A DNA stretch of 64,000 bases from the NCBI GenBank assembly GCA_040218735.1, contig JAVJQW010000023.1:717043-781042 (forward strand), written 5' to 3'. The position numbers and the translations under genes were made by a program. Position 1 is the stretch's first letter. Each line of letters opens with the position of its first letter. Of the stretch, positions 37,521 to 46,274 are shown piece after piece. The notes beneath the pieces were generated by a model that was not told where the DNA came from, did not search any database, and saw nothing but the letters and a program-made list of their open reading frames with translations. Source of the stretch: Deltaproteobacteria bacterium (lineage in GTDB: Bacteria; Myxococcota; Kuafuiibacteriia; Kuafuiibacteriales; Kuafuiibacteriaceae).

Positions 37521-38399
37521 CTAGATCGGCCCGTTCTGCAAGACAGCTTGCAGGTAGCCCTCGGCGAACCACTCGTCCCAGTCGCGCGGGCCGATGATGT
37601 GCCCGATGAGCCGACCGTCGACGATGATGTACGTCTCCGGGAACTTCGTCGTGCCGTACTGGGTCGCGATCTTGCCCGAGGGGTCGAGTAGGACCTGGAA
37701 GGGCGCCGGCTCCTTGGCGAAGAACTCGCGGACGGGCGCCCACTCTTCATCCGTGCTCACGGCGAGCATGACGAAGCGGTCGTCGTTCGCGAAGCGCTGC
37801 GCGAGGCGGCGCATCGAAGGCATCTCTTCGATGCACGGCGGGCACCACGTCGCCCAGTAGTTCAGGAAGACGACCTTCCCGGCGTAGTCGGAGAGCGACC
37901 GTTTGCTGCCGTCGAGGGTCTCGAGCGTGAACGGGATCGGCGCCTCGTTCTTCTTCTTGATGTCGAGCAGCTCGGCAGCGACACGACCGCGGCCAACGCG
38001 GACGTCGCTCATGCCCTCCGCGACCTGATAACCAAACGCGCCGAACACCACGACCGCGAGGAACGCGCTCACCGCGCGGGCCGGGATCCAGGGGCGGGGT
38101 TCGAGGTTCTCGAGCGCTTCGACGCTCGGTGCGTCGGCCCCGCGCGTCTGCGACTTGGACGCCTTCTCGAGGCGCTTGCGGAACGCCTGCTCCGTCATGC
38201 GGCCCTTGAAGGCCTTGCGACCCTCGATGGCGACGACCGGGATCTCGTTGCCGTACTTCCTGGTCAGCTCGGCGTCGTCGGAGATGTCGACCGTCTCGAA
38301 GTCGAGGTCGATCTCTTCGCCGACGCGTTCGACCGTCTCGATGACGGGCTTGCACAGCTTGCAGTCGGGGCGGGTGTAGACCGTGACCGAAATCGCCAT
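37521..38399 (-). CDS. Glutaredoxin-like (DUF836) domain + TM + TlpA/ResA thioredoxin fusion
   Basis: Start MAISVTVYTRPDCKLC...YGNEIPVV; TM; LNYWATWCPPCIEEMP, FPETY. Confidence 0.85.
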   Translation of the reverse strand: MAISVTVYTRPDCKLCKPVIETVERVGEEIDLDFETVDISDDAELTRKYGNEIPVVAIEGRKAFKGRMTEQAFRKRLEKASKSQTRGADAPSVEALENLEPRPWIPARAVSAFLAVVVFGAFGYQVAEGMSDVRVGRGRVAAELLDIKKKNEAPIPFTLETLDGSKRSLSDYAGKVVFLNYWATWCPPCIEEMPSMRRLAQRFANDDRFVMLAVSTDEEWAPVREFFAKEPAPFQVLLDPSGKIATQYGTTKFPETYIIVDGRLIGHIIGPRDWDEWFAEGYLQAVLQNGPI

Positions 38400-38460
38400 C
38401 GAGGGGGGATCTGAGCAGGAAAGGTTGCGCCAAGACAAGGATCGCGTCATCCACCGCGCG

Positions 38461-39423
38461 ATGGGTCGCATCTCGGGCGACATCGCGGTCATGCCGATCG
38501 CCGACGTAGTCATCTGGCTCGCCAACCGCGGGCACGCGGGGCGCCTGACCGTCGAGAGCGAGGGCGTCGAGAAGACGTTCGACATCGAGCCGGGGATGGT
38601 CACGCGCGCCACATCGAACGCCGCGCGCGAGTACTTCGGACAGTTCCTCCTCCACTTCGGACTGCTGACCGAGGACCAGCTCGAGCGTGCGTTCGAGACC
38701 CAACGCGAGACCGGCGTGCTGCTCGGTCGCATCCTCGTGATGATCGGCATCGTCCCCGAGGAGCAGGTCATCCAGTCGTTGCGCGTGAAGATCAGCGAGT
38801 CGCTCCTGGCCTGTTGCCGGTGGCGCACGGGACACTTCGAGTTCGTCGGCGACGCCCCCAAGCGCACCGAAGCCCAGATCGAGGTCGCGGTCCCGCTGCG
38901 CGATCTGTTCTCCGAGGGCACACAGCGTGAAGAGGTGTGGCGGCGCTTCGAGATCGCGTTCCCTTCGCCGAGCCACGTCGCGATCGTCGACGAGGCCCGT
39001 GTGCGCACCGAAGCGATCGACGCACCGGACCGTCGACTCCTCGAGCTGTGTCGTTCGGGGCTCTCCGTCTCCGAGATGACGCTCGAGCTCCACGCCACCG
39101 ACTACCAGATCGCCGCGGGTCTCCTCGGGCTGTACGAGCGAAGGATGATCGCGCCGGCGGAGCCCACGACGGATCTCCCGGTGCCGGGGACGTTCCGCGA
39201 GGACGCGGTGAGCACGACGCACCGGGCCTCCGTCCCGCAGGTCGTTCGCGAACCGTCGTACGACGAGCGCCGAGCGCTCAGCGCGAAGCAGCGCTACGTC
39301 TTGGGAAGAGTCGACGGGAAACGAACGGTGCAGGCGATCATCGAAGTGAGCCCGATGCACGATCTCGAAGCGCTACAGATCCTCGACGCCTTCGTTCGGG
39401 ACCAGCTCGTCCGGATCGATTGA
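38461..39423 (+). CDS. DUF4388 domain protein with MshEN-like helical insert
   Basis: ISGDIAVMPIADVVIWL..AGRLTV; FGQFLLHFGLLTEDQL..LGRILVMIG; WRTGHFEF; VDGKRTV. Confidence 0.85.
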   Translation: MGRISGDIAVMPIADVVIWLANRGHAGRLTVESEGVEKTFDIEPGMVTRATSNAAREYFGQFLLHFGLLTEDQLERAFETQRETGVLLGRILVMIGIVPEEQVIQSLRVKISESLLACCRWRTGHFEFVGDAPKRTEAQIEVAVPLRDLFSEGTQREEVWRRFEIAFPSPSHVAIVDEARVRTEAIDAPDRRLLELCRSGLSVSEMTLELHATDYQIAAGLLGLYERRMIAPAEPTTDLPVPGTFREDAVSTTHRASVPQVVREPSYDERRALSAKQRYVLGRVDGKRTVQAIIEVSPMHDLEALQILDAFVRDQLVRID

Positions 39424-39435
39424 GCTCGCAGCCGA

Positions 39436-40938
39436 CTACAGCTCGCCGCCGTTTTTGTCGTAGTGCGCGAGGCGCCGGTAGAGCGTGGCGCGCCCCATGC
39501 CCAGCAGCTTCGCGGCCTTCTCGACGCTGCCGCCGGAGAGGCGCAGCGCCTTCTTGATGGCGCGGCGCTCGAGCTCGCGCACCGGGATGACCTCGTCGTC
39601 GTCGCCGAGGATGTCCCCGCGGGGTACGCCACCGGCCGGCGCGCCGCCGATCTCACGAAGCTCCGACGCGAGGTGCTCCACGAGCAGCGCGTCGCCGTCC
39701 ATGGAGAGCACCGCGCGGTGCACGATGTTCTCGAGCTGCCGAACGTTCTCCGGCCACTCGTAGCGCGCGAGGGTGTCGAGCACCTCGGGCGCGACGCGCT
39801 TCACCGGACGATCCGGCGCCGCGTGTTTGCGGAGGAAGTGATTCACGAGCAGCGGGATGTCGTCGCGACGCTCGCGCAGCGACGGGACGCGCAGCGGGAA
39901 CACGACGAGGTTGAGGTACAGGTCCTCGCGGAACCGCCCGGCCTTCACCTCTTCGAGGAGGTCGCGGCGCGTCGAGCAGATGATCCGCGTGTCGACGTCG
40001 TAGGGCGCAGAGCCCCCGACGCGCGACGCTCGCTTGTCGTGGATGGCGCGGAGCAAGCTCGCTTGCGAGAGCGGGCTGAGGTGCTCGACGCCGTCGAGGA
40101 ACAACGTGCCTCCGCGCGCTTCTTCGACCCGGCCCGCGTGAGCGCTCGGCGCGCCCGACACCGCACCGCGCTCGTGACCGAACAGCTCCGACTCGTGGAG
40201 CATCTGCGGAATCGCGGCGCAGTTCATCGTGACGAACGGCGACTGCCCGCGCGGGCCGTCGTCGTGGATCGCGCGCGCGACGAGCTCCTTGCCGGTGCCC
40301 GCTTCGCCACGGATGGCTACGATGACTTCGCTATCGATGACGCGCCGAACCTGACGCGCGAGCTCGACCATCGGCGCGCTGCGCCCGATGACCGCGGTGT
40401 TGTCGGTCCGACCGCCCTCGGCGGCGGCGCGGGCGAGCCGATTCGTGAGGGCACGTCGCTCGAGCGCGTGCTGCACCGACAGCTCGAGGCGCTCCTGGAC
40501 GAGCGGCTTGACGATGTAGTCGTAGGCCCCGGTGCGCATCGACGCCACGGCGGCCTCCATGTCCTCGCGCCCGGTGATCACGATGACCGGGAGCTCCGGG
40601 TCGGTGGTCACGATGCGCTCGAGGAGCTTGAGGCCGTCGATGTCGGGGAGGTTGAGATCGAGGCAGAGACACCCGAGGGTCGAGAGGTCCTGCTGCTCGA
40701 GCTGCTCGCCGTCGCTGAGCTCGAGCGTGCGACGCCCGCGCCGGCTCACCCAGCGCGCGATGAGTCGGCAGACCGCGAGATCGTCGTCGAGGACGACGAC
40801 CGGTCCGACATCGGGGCCGAAGGAGGCCTCGCCGAAGCGGCTCGCGCCGAGGGCCGGGCTGCTGCTCGCCGTGCTCTCCGTGGCTGATGTGTCGGTTGTC
40901 CCGGGTTGGGACTCATGCTTGGTGGGCGTCAAAGTCAC
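39436..40938 (-). CDS. NtrC-family response regulator (REC-AAA+-Fis HTH) with degenerate activation motifs
   Basis: REC LDDD/LDLNLP/KP; GEAGTGKE; ESELFGHERGAVSGA; LFLDGV; WPENVRQL; AAKLLGMGRATLYRRL. Confidence 0.92.
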   Translation of the reverse strand: MTLTPTKHESQPGTTDTSATESTASSSPALGASRFGEASFGPDVGPVVVLDDDLAVCRLIARWVSRRGRRTLELSDGEQLEQQDLSTLGCLCLDLNLPDIDGLKLLERIVTTDPELPVIVITGREDMEAAVASMRTGAYDYIVKPLVQERLELSVQHALERRALTNRLARAAAEGGRTDNTAVIGRSAPMVELARQVRRVIDSEVIVAIRGEAGTGKELVARAIHDDGPRGQSPFVTMNCAAIPQMLHESELFGHERGAVSGAPSAHAGRVEEARGGTLFLDGVEHLSPLSQASLLRAIHDKRASRVGGSAPYDVDTRIICSTRRDLLEEVKAGRFREDLYLNLVVFPLRVPSLRERRDDIPLLVNHFLRKHAAPDRPVKRVAPEVLDTLARYEWPENVRQLENIVHRAVLSMDGDALLVEHLASELREIGGAPAGGVPRGDILGDDDEVIPVRELERRAIKKALRLSGGSVEKAAKLLGMGRATLYRRLAHYDKNGGEL

Positions 40939-40950
40939 GATGAGACCTTA

Positions 40951-40967
40951 AGCAGCAGACGTGCCAA
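40951..40967 (-). promoter_or_regulatory. Sigma54 (-24/-12) promoter for the NtrC-like gene
   Basis: Minus strand reads TTGGCACGTCTGCTGCT: GG-N10-GC spacing, one mismatch to TGGCACG-N4-TTGCW. Confidence 0.65.
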
Positions 40968-41085
40968 ACGCGAAAGCCGCGCTCGTGGTCTCGGCTACGC
41001 AACCGATGTCCCAAACCTCCGGATGATCGTGCCCGCGGGGCGCACAAACTTGCGTAGTCGATCGGACAACCGCTCAAAGCGAGAT

Positions 41086-41559
41086 TCAGGGTGCTTCAGG
41101 CTTGGTCGCAATCGCGAGGTTGTTGAGACCGGCGCGGCGCGCCGCCTCCATCACGGAGACCACCCGTTTGTGTAGGGCGGCTTCGTCGGCCTGAACGAGG
41201 ACCAGCTTGCCGGCGTTCGCGGCCGCCTCGGCCTTGAAGATCGCCTCGAGCTCCGAAGTGGACACCGCCTCGCCGCGCGCCACGACCGTCCCATCCTCCA
41301 GGACGGCGACGACCAGCTCGTCGGAGATGGTGCTGACCTCGTCGGTGTCGGAGCCCGTGGGGAGGTTCACGCGGAAGCCGCTGCCTTCGCCCTGGCCCGG
41401 CGGAGCGATGATCGCGGTGCTCCCGGCCATGAGGATCACCAGGAGGACCAGCATGATGTCCACGAGCGGGACGATGTTGATCTCCGTGAACCCGCCCCCG
41501 GCGAGGTCGTCGGAGTCTTCGAGGCCGTCCGCCTGCGGCGCGGGTCCCTGGATGGCCAC
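41086..41559 (-). CDS. exbD: ExbD/TolR family protein
   Basis: EINIVPLVDIMLVLLVILM with the conserved TM Asp, VNLP, VQADE..HKRVVSVM; GTG start at 41559. Confidence 0.88.
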   Translation of the reverse strand: MAIQGPAPQADGLEDSDDLAGGGFTEINIVPLVDIMLVLLVILMAGSTAIIAPPGQGEGSGFRVNLPTGSDTDEVSTISDELVVAVLEDGTVVARGEAVSTSELEAIFKAEAAANAGKLVLVQADEAALHKRVVSVMEAARRAGLNNLAIATKPEAP

Positions 41560-41561
41560 GG

Positions 41562-42278
41562 TCAGCCCTCCGACGGGAGCGGCGCGGCCGTGGGCGTCGG
41601 CGCCGGGGTCGCCATGTCGACGGACGGGGTCCGCGAGGTCGGCGGGGCCGCACCGTCCTCCATCACCTTGCCGAGGGTCTCGATGAACTCGTCGACGACG
41701 AGCTTCACTTCGACGCCCGCTCGGCTGCCGCGGATCTGGAAGAAGTTGTAGAGGATGACGGCCAGGATCGCGACGAAGATGCCGCCCGCGGTGGCCTGCA
41801 ACGCCTCCGACACCCCCTCCGCCACGATGCCGAAGCCGCCCGAGCCCGCCTGCGCGATGTCGCGGAAGGACCGGATGATGCCGACCACCGTTCCGAACAG
41901 ACCTATGAATGGGGCGATGGCGCCGATGCTTCCGAGCGCCCAGAGGCGCCGCCGCATCCACAGCCCGAACCGCTGTCGCTCACGCTCGGCCGCCTTGTGT
42001 ATGGAGAGGCCGGGACGATTCACCTTGTTGAGCGCCGCGATGAAGATGTCCGCGACCGGCGAGGTGCTGCGCTCGCACACGGTGCGCGCGGCCTGCAGGT
42101 CGCCGTGGAACAGCACCTTCTGGACCTCGGTGCCCAGGTCTCGCGCCGACTCGACGAGGCGCCAGAACGTATAGAGCTGCTCGAGCGCCAGCCCGAGCAC
42201 CAAGATGGAGCCCACGAGCGTCGCGAAGAAGGCCGTCGGGTCGACCGCAAAGGCCTCGGTCGTCGCCTCAGGCGTCAT
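41562..42278 (-). CDS. exbB: MotA/TolQ/ExbB proton-channel protein
   Basis: LGSIGAIAPFIGLFGTVVGII..F..IA, GVSEALQATAGG. Confidence 0.9.
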   Translation of the reverse strand: MTPEATTEAFAVDPTAFFATLVGSILVLGLALEQLYTFWRLVESARDLGTEVQKVLFHGDLQAARTVCERSTSPVADIFIAALNKVNRPGLSIHKAAERERQRFGLWMRRRLWALGSIGAIAPFIGLFGTVVGIIRSFRDIAQAGSGGFGIVAEGVSEALQATAGGIFVAILAVILYNFFQIRGSRAGVEVKLVVDEFIETLGKVMEDGAAPPTSRTPSVDMATPAPTPTAAPLPSEG

Positions 42279-42562
42279 CGTTCCCCATGCTCGGCATTGT
42301 TACCCGCCAGTGCGCTCCTCTGCCAGATTCGCGTCGTCGTCAGGAGTGCGACCGCGACCGTAATCATCTCTACGGCCACTTCGGCGATCTTGGGGAGCGA
42401 GAACATCGACAGCGTCCCAAATCCGATCGCACATACCAGTACGCCCGCGACGAGCCCGCCGATCCACGCCGCGCGCGACACCGTCGACGCGGAGGGCTCC
42501 ACCGGCTCCGAGGAGGAACCGGCGGCGGGCGCGCGGCCTTCCCGCTGTTCCTCAGTCGCCAT
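42275..42562 (-). CDS. Small two-TM membrane protein
   Basis: Two hydrophobic helices; overlaps the dnaJ stop and the exbB start (operon-like coupling). Confidence 0.65.
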   Translation of the reverse strand: MATEEQREGRAPAAGSSSEPVEPSASTVSRAAWIGGLVAGVLVCAIGFGTLSMFSLPKIAEVAVEMITVAVALLTTTRIWQRSALAGNNAEHGER

Positions 42563-43733
42563 CGAACGCATCGCGGAGCCGATCGAAGAAGCCGCCGGAG
42601 CGACGACGTTTGTTGCGTGTCTCGCGCCGCCCCGCGTCGCCGGACGAGAACTCCGGCTCCTGCGGGATGATGTCCTCGATCACTTCGATCGCTTTCTTCT
42701 GGTCGTCGCTGAGCTTCCTGGGGACCTGCACCGTGAGGTGCACGATCATGTCGCCGCGCCCGCGGCCACCGAGGCGCGGTAGCCCCTCGCCCTCGATGCG
42801 CACCTGGTCACCCGGCTGCATCGCGGAGGGGACGACGACCTCGACTTCGTCGCCGCCGAGCTTCGGGACGATCGCCTCACCGCCGAGGCACGCCATCGGG
42901 TACGGGACGGCGAGCTCGCAGTGCAGGTCGGCGCCCTCGCGGAAGAACATGTCGTGCGGGGTGACGGCGATGAATACGTAGAGGTCACCGGGCGGGCCGC
43001 CGAACGTGCCCGCGTCGCCCTCGCCCTGGAGGCGGAGCCGCACACCGGTGGAGACGCCGGGCGGGACCTTCACGTCGAGCCGCCGCGTCTCTTCGACGAA
43101 GCCGCGGCCCTCGCAGGTCTCACACGCAGCGCGCGGGACCTGGCCGCGACCGCCGCACGCGCGACAGGTCGTCGCGATCATGAATCCGCCGCGGCCCTGC
43201 ACGACCTGACCGCGGCCCTGGCACACGGCGCAGGTCGTGAGCTCGGCGTCCTTCGCGCCGGTGCCGACGCACGGCTGGCACTGGATGGAGCGGTTGACCT
43301 TCACCTTGTGGGAGGTGCCCGTGAGCGCCTCCTCGAGGGTGATCTCGAGGTCCTGCCGCAGGTCGGCGCCGACCGTCGGGCGCGGGCGGCCGAAGCCCCC
43401 GCCGCCGAACGCGGCGCCGCCGCCGAAGAGGTCGGCGAAGATGTCGCCGAAGTGCGAGAAGATGTCGCCGATGTCGCCCGTGAACCCGGGCGCGAAGCCG
43501 CCGGAGCGGAGCCCGTCGAAGCCGGCGCGGTCGTACAGGCCGCGCTTGCCTTGGTCCGAGAGCACCTCGTAGGCCTCGGCGGCCTCCTTGAACTGGTCCT
43601 CGGCGCTCGGGTCGTCCGGGTTGCGGTCGGGGTGATACTTCAGCGCGAGCTTGCGATACGCCGACTTGATGGTCGCGGCGTCCGCGTCGCGAGCGACCCC
43701 GAGTACCTCGTAGTAGTCCCGCTTCTGCGACAT
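42552..43733 (-). CDS. dnaJ: Chaperone DnaJ (type I)
   Basis: [13 protein letters not shown]-rich region, four CxxCxGxG repeats, GDLYV. Confidence 0.97.
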   Translation of the reverse strand: MSQKRDYYEVLGVARDADAATIKSAYRKLALKYHPDRNPDDPSAEDQFKEAAEAYEVLSDQGKRGLYDRAGFDGLRSGGFAPGFTGDIGDIFSHFGDIFADLFGGGAAFGGGGFGRPRPTVGADLRQDLEITLEEALTGTSHKVKVNRSIQCQPCVGTGAKDAELTTCAVCQGRGQVVQGRGGFMIATTCRACGGRGQVPRAACETCEGRGFVEETRRLDVKVPPGVSTGVRLRLQGEGDAGTFGGPPGDLYVFIAVTPHDMFFREGADLHCELAVPYPMACLGGEAIVPKLGGDEVEVVVPSAMQPGDQVRIEGEGLPRLGGRGRGDMIVHLTVQVPRKLSDDQKKAIEVIEDIIPQEPEFSSGDAGRRETRNKRRRSGGFFDRLRDAFDGD

Positions 43734-43806
43734 CCGGCGACAGTTGTTAGTTACTCGTCTGACCGAGTCAAACCTTCACTTTCTCGGGTTCTTCGCGGGG
43801 ATCATG

Positions 43807-43841
43807 TTGACGCCATCCAGATAGGGTCTTATTGACTCTTT
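43807..43841 (+). promoter_or_regulatory. Putative sigma70 promoter (TTGACG-N17-TATTGA) overlapped by a 21-bp NrtR-like palindrome
   Basis: ATAGGGTC-TTATT-GACTCTTT at 43821-43841 (GT-N7-AC core); predicted +1 coincides with the ATG at 43842. Confidence 0.5.
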
Positions 43842-44669
43842 ATGTCGATCTCAAGATCCGAAGCCGCGCGTCTGGGGCAGTCGGCCGTCTCGATCCTGGC
43901 CGCCGGTACGTACACATCCGCAAGCGGTCGCGTCGTCTCGATCGCGGAGGCGACGGAGCGCGCGGTGGCGGGGACGGTGTCCTATCCGCCCGGCGCGGCG
44001 CGGCCGGCGCTGGGGGCAGCGCGGTTCGACACCGAGATCACCGTGACGGGCGAGACCACGCTCGCGGCGAGCTTCCGGCTCGTGGACGAGGGGGAGACGC
44101 CGTGTGCGTTGAACTTCGCGTCGGCGAAGAACCCGGGGGGTGGATTCCTCTCGGGCGCGCGCGCGCAGGAGGAGACACTCGCGCGCGCGTCATCGTTGTT
44201 CGCGTGCATCGACGGTAACCCGATGTACGGGTTCCACCGTCAGCGCCGCGACGCGATGTACACGCACTACGCGATCTACTCGCCCGACGTCCCGGTGTTC
44301 CGCGACGACGCGGGCACGATGCTCGACGCACCGTACACGTTCGCGATGCTCACCTCGCCGGCCCCGAACACCGGCGCGGTCCTCGCGAAGGACGCGGGGC
44401 GCACGGCCGCGATCGAAGCGGCGTTCGCCGAGCGCATCGATCTCGTCCTGCACCTGATGGCGGCGCACGGCCACGAGGTCGTGGTCCTCGGCGCGTGGGG
44501 CTGCGGCGCCTTCCGCGGCGACCCGAAGATGGTCGCGCGCCTCTTCGCCGACGCGCTGCGGGGCCCGTTCGCCGGCGTGTTCCGGCGCGCGGTGTTCGCG
44601 GTGTTCGATCCCGGGAAGGGCACGCCGAACCGGAAGGCCTTCGAGGCCGCGTTGGGTCAGGCGACGTAG
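43842..44669 (+). CDS. TIGR02452/DUF2263 family bacterial PARG-like macrodomain protein
   Basis: LNFASAKNPGGGFLSGARAQEE, IYSPDVPVFRD, LGAWGCGAF. Confidence 0.92.
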   Translation: MSISRSEAARLGQSAVSILAAGTYTSASGRVVSIAEATERAVAGTVSYPPGAARPALGAARFDTEITVTGETTLAASFRLVDEGETPCALNFASAKNPGGGFLSGARAQEETLARASSLFACIDGNPMYGFHRQRRDAMYTHYAIYSPDVPVFRDDAGTMLDAPYTFAMLTSPAPNTGAVLAKDAGRTAAIEAAFAERIDLVLHLMAAHGHEVVVLGAWGCGAFRGDPKMVARLFADALRGPFAGVFRRAVFAVFDPGKGTPNRKAFEAALGQAT

Positions 44670-45442
44670 GGCGGGAGCGGGATGCCGTCGATCTCGAGGC
44701 CGCGCGTGTGGCGGACGCCGAGGGCGATGGCGTGGCGGAGGGTGGAGATGGGAACGGGCTTCGACAGCTCGAGCTCTGGTTCGAGCGCTTCGAGCGGTGG
44801 ATCGTCCCACATCAGCCGTCCACCCGACGCGATGATGATGAAGAGGCCTCGCAACGTCTCGTCGCGACGAATGATGTCGATCATCTTCGCACCGCTCATG
44901 AAGGGCATGTTGAGGTTGGTGACGACCACATCCGGTCGATCCGAACGAATACGCTCTAAACCTTCGATACCCGTCGTCGCGAAGCTGATCCGAAACGTTT
45001 GACGGTACCGCCGCAAGACCCGGTTGTAGGAGCTGAGTAGCGGCAACTCATCATCCACCATGAGTACGTGTGCACGGCCGTCCGGCGCAGCATCACGACC
45101 TTGGTGATGCTCTCGCCCTAGCCTTCGAAGCTCGCGCTCCAACACAGGAGCAACGTCGTTCACGAGAGCTCCATCGAGGTCGTGGCCCTGGTGATGCCGA
45201 TTCCAGGTCATCATGAACCCCGGCGTCGGGTCTGCCTCGAAGCAGCGCCCGTGCACCACCACCAGATCCGGCTTCAGCCTCTGCACCGCTTGAAACCGCG
45301 ACTCCCCGCGCACGCGCGCCACCGCGATCTCGGGCGAGAACAACGCCGCCGCCTCGACCCACTGCGCGTGATCCTCGTCGGGGAGATCGGCCGTCAGCAC
45401 CAGCGAGCGCCGGTCGCCCGGCGGAAACGGTCGCGCTCTCAT
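44657..45442 (-). CDS. Response-regulator-like protein with atypical receiver
   Basis: C-terminal VLMVDDE...PDVVVTNLNMP...SKP has Asn at the phospho-Asp position; N-terminal domain shared with the upstream paralog. Confidence 0.75.
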   Translation of the reverse strand: MRARPFPPGDRRSLVLTADLPDEDHAQWVEAAALFSPEIAVARVRGESRFQAVQRLKPDLVVVHGRCFEADPTPGFMMTWNRHHQGHDLDGALVNDVAPVLERELRRLGREHHQGRDAAPDGRAHVLMVDDELPLLSSYNRVLRRYRQTFRISFATTGIEGLERIRSDRPDVVVTNLNMPFMSGAKMIDIIRRDETLRGLFIIIASGGRLMWDDPPLEALEPELELSKPVPISTLRHAIALGVRHTRGLEIDGIPLPPYVA

Positions 45443-46182
45443 TCGTCGTCCTCCCCTACACCCACGCGCCCTTGCGCGATGTTCAAGCCATGAACGAGCG
45501 CCCAACCTACGCGTTCCTTCGAGAGCTCGAGCGGTGCGCGCCTCGAGAGCGGGGGCCGGTGCACGAACACCGACTCGTCCTCCTCGGTGATGAAGTACCG
45601 TCGCCTCAGCTCCGAATCCGCGCGCAGCTTCGCCAACAGCGCTTCGGACAGCGTCGGCCGTACCAGACTCACGACGACGGACGGCGCTTCCGCGCGAATC
45701 CGCTCGATCACGTCGGCGATGGTCGACGACCAGATGAAGTGGTCCGTGTGACCGTTCCTCGCGAGCACACGCCGCATGATGTCGATGAGGAACGACTCCT
45801 CCTCGAACACGAGCACACGACCATCCCCCTCGATCGGCCTCGCCTCGTCCGAGCGATGTGACCGACCCACGCGCAGCAGCTCTCGCTGAAGCACACCAAC
45901 GAGCCCGTCCACGGCAGCCCCCGCCAAGTCATCGGGCCGCCCCGGGCACCCGCCCGTCATCACCAGCCCCGGCGCCGCCGCCAGATCCGCGCTCTTCCCC
46001 TGCACGACGAGCAAGTCCGGACGCAGCCGATCGATCGCGCTGGCTTCGTCCGGTCGGAGCACCACCACCTCCGGCTCGAGCCACCTCGCCGCCTCGACCC
46101 ACCGCGCGTGATCCTCATCCGGCAGATCCACCGTCAGCACGAGCGCGCGCGGGTCACCCACCGGAAACGGACGCTCTATCAT
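45439..46182 (-). CDS. Paralog of 44657..45442 with a more degenerate receiver domain
   Basis: Shared RPFPxGDxRxLVLTxDLPDEDHAxWVEAA and LELSK; VLVFEEE...APSVVVS. Confidence 0.7.
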   Translation of the reverse strand: MIERPFPVGDPRALVLTVDLPDEDHARWVEAARWLEPEVVVLRPDEASAIDRLRPDLLVVQGKSADLAAAPGLVMTGGCPGRPDDLAGAAVDGLVGVLQRELLRVGRSHRSDEARPIEGDGRVLVFEEESFLIDIMRRVLARNGHTDHFIWSSTIADVIERIRAEAPSVVVSLVRPTLSEALLAKLRADSELRRRYFITEEDESVFVHRPPLSRRAPLELSKERVGWALVHGLNIAQGRVGVGEDDE

Positions 46183-46274
46183 CGCGCTACGAATCTCCCA
46201 CGCGCCCGCGGTAGGACACGAGCCCCCGGCGTCCCCTCGCCTCCGACTCCGTCCCTCCCGTTATACTCAGTACC

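Noticed and set aside
38400-39098. N-terminal extension of the 525-aa ORF 37521..39098
   Set aside because: Antisense to the DUF4388 gene; the Grx domain begins at Met 38399
43747-43772. CIRCE (HrcA) element upstream of dnaJ
   Set aside because: TTAGTTACTC-N8-GAGTCAAA has the wrong spacing and several mismatches to TTAGCACTC-N9-GAGTGCTAA
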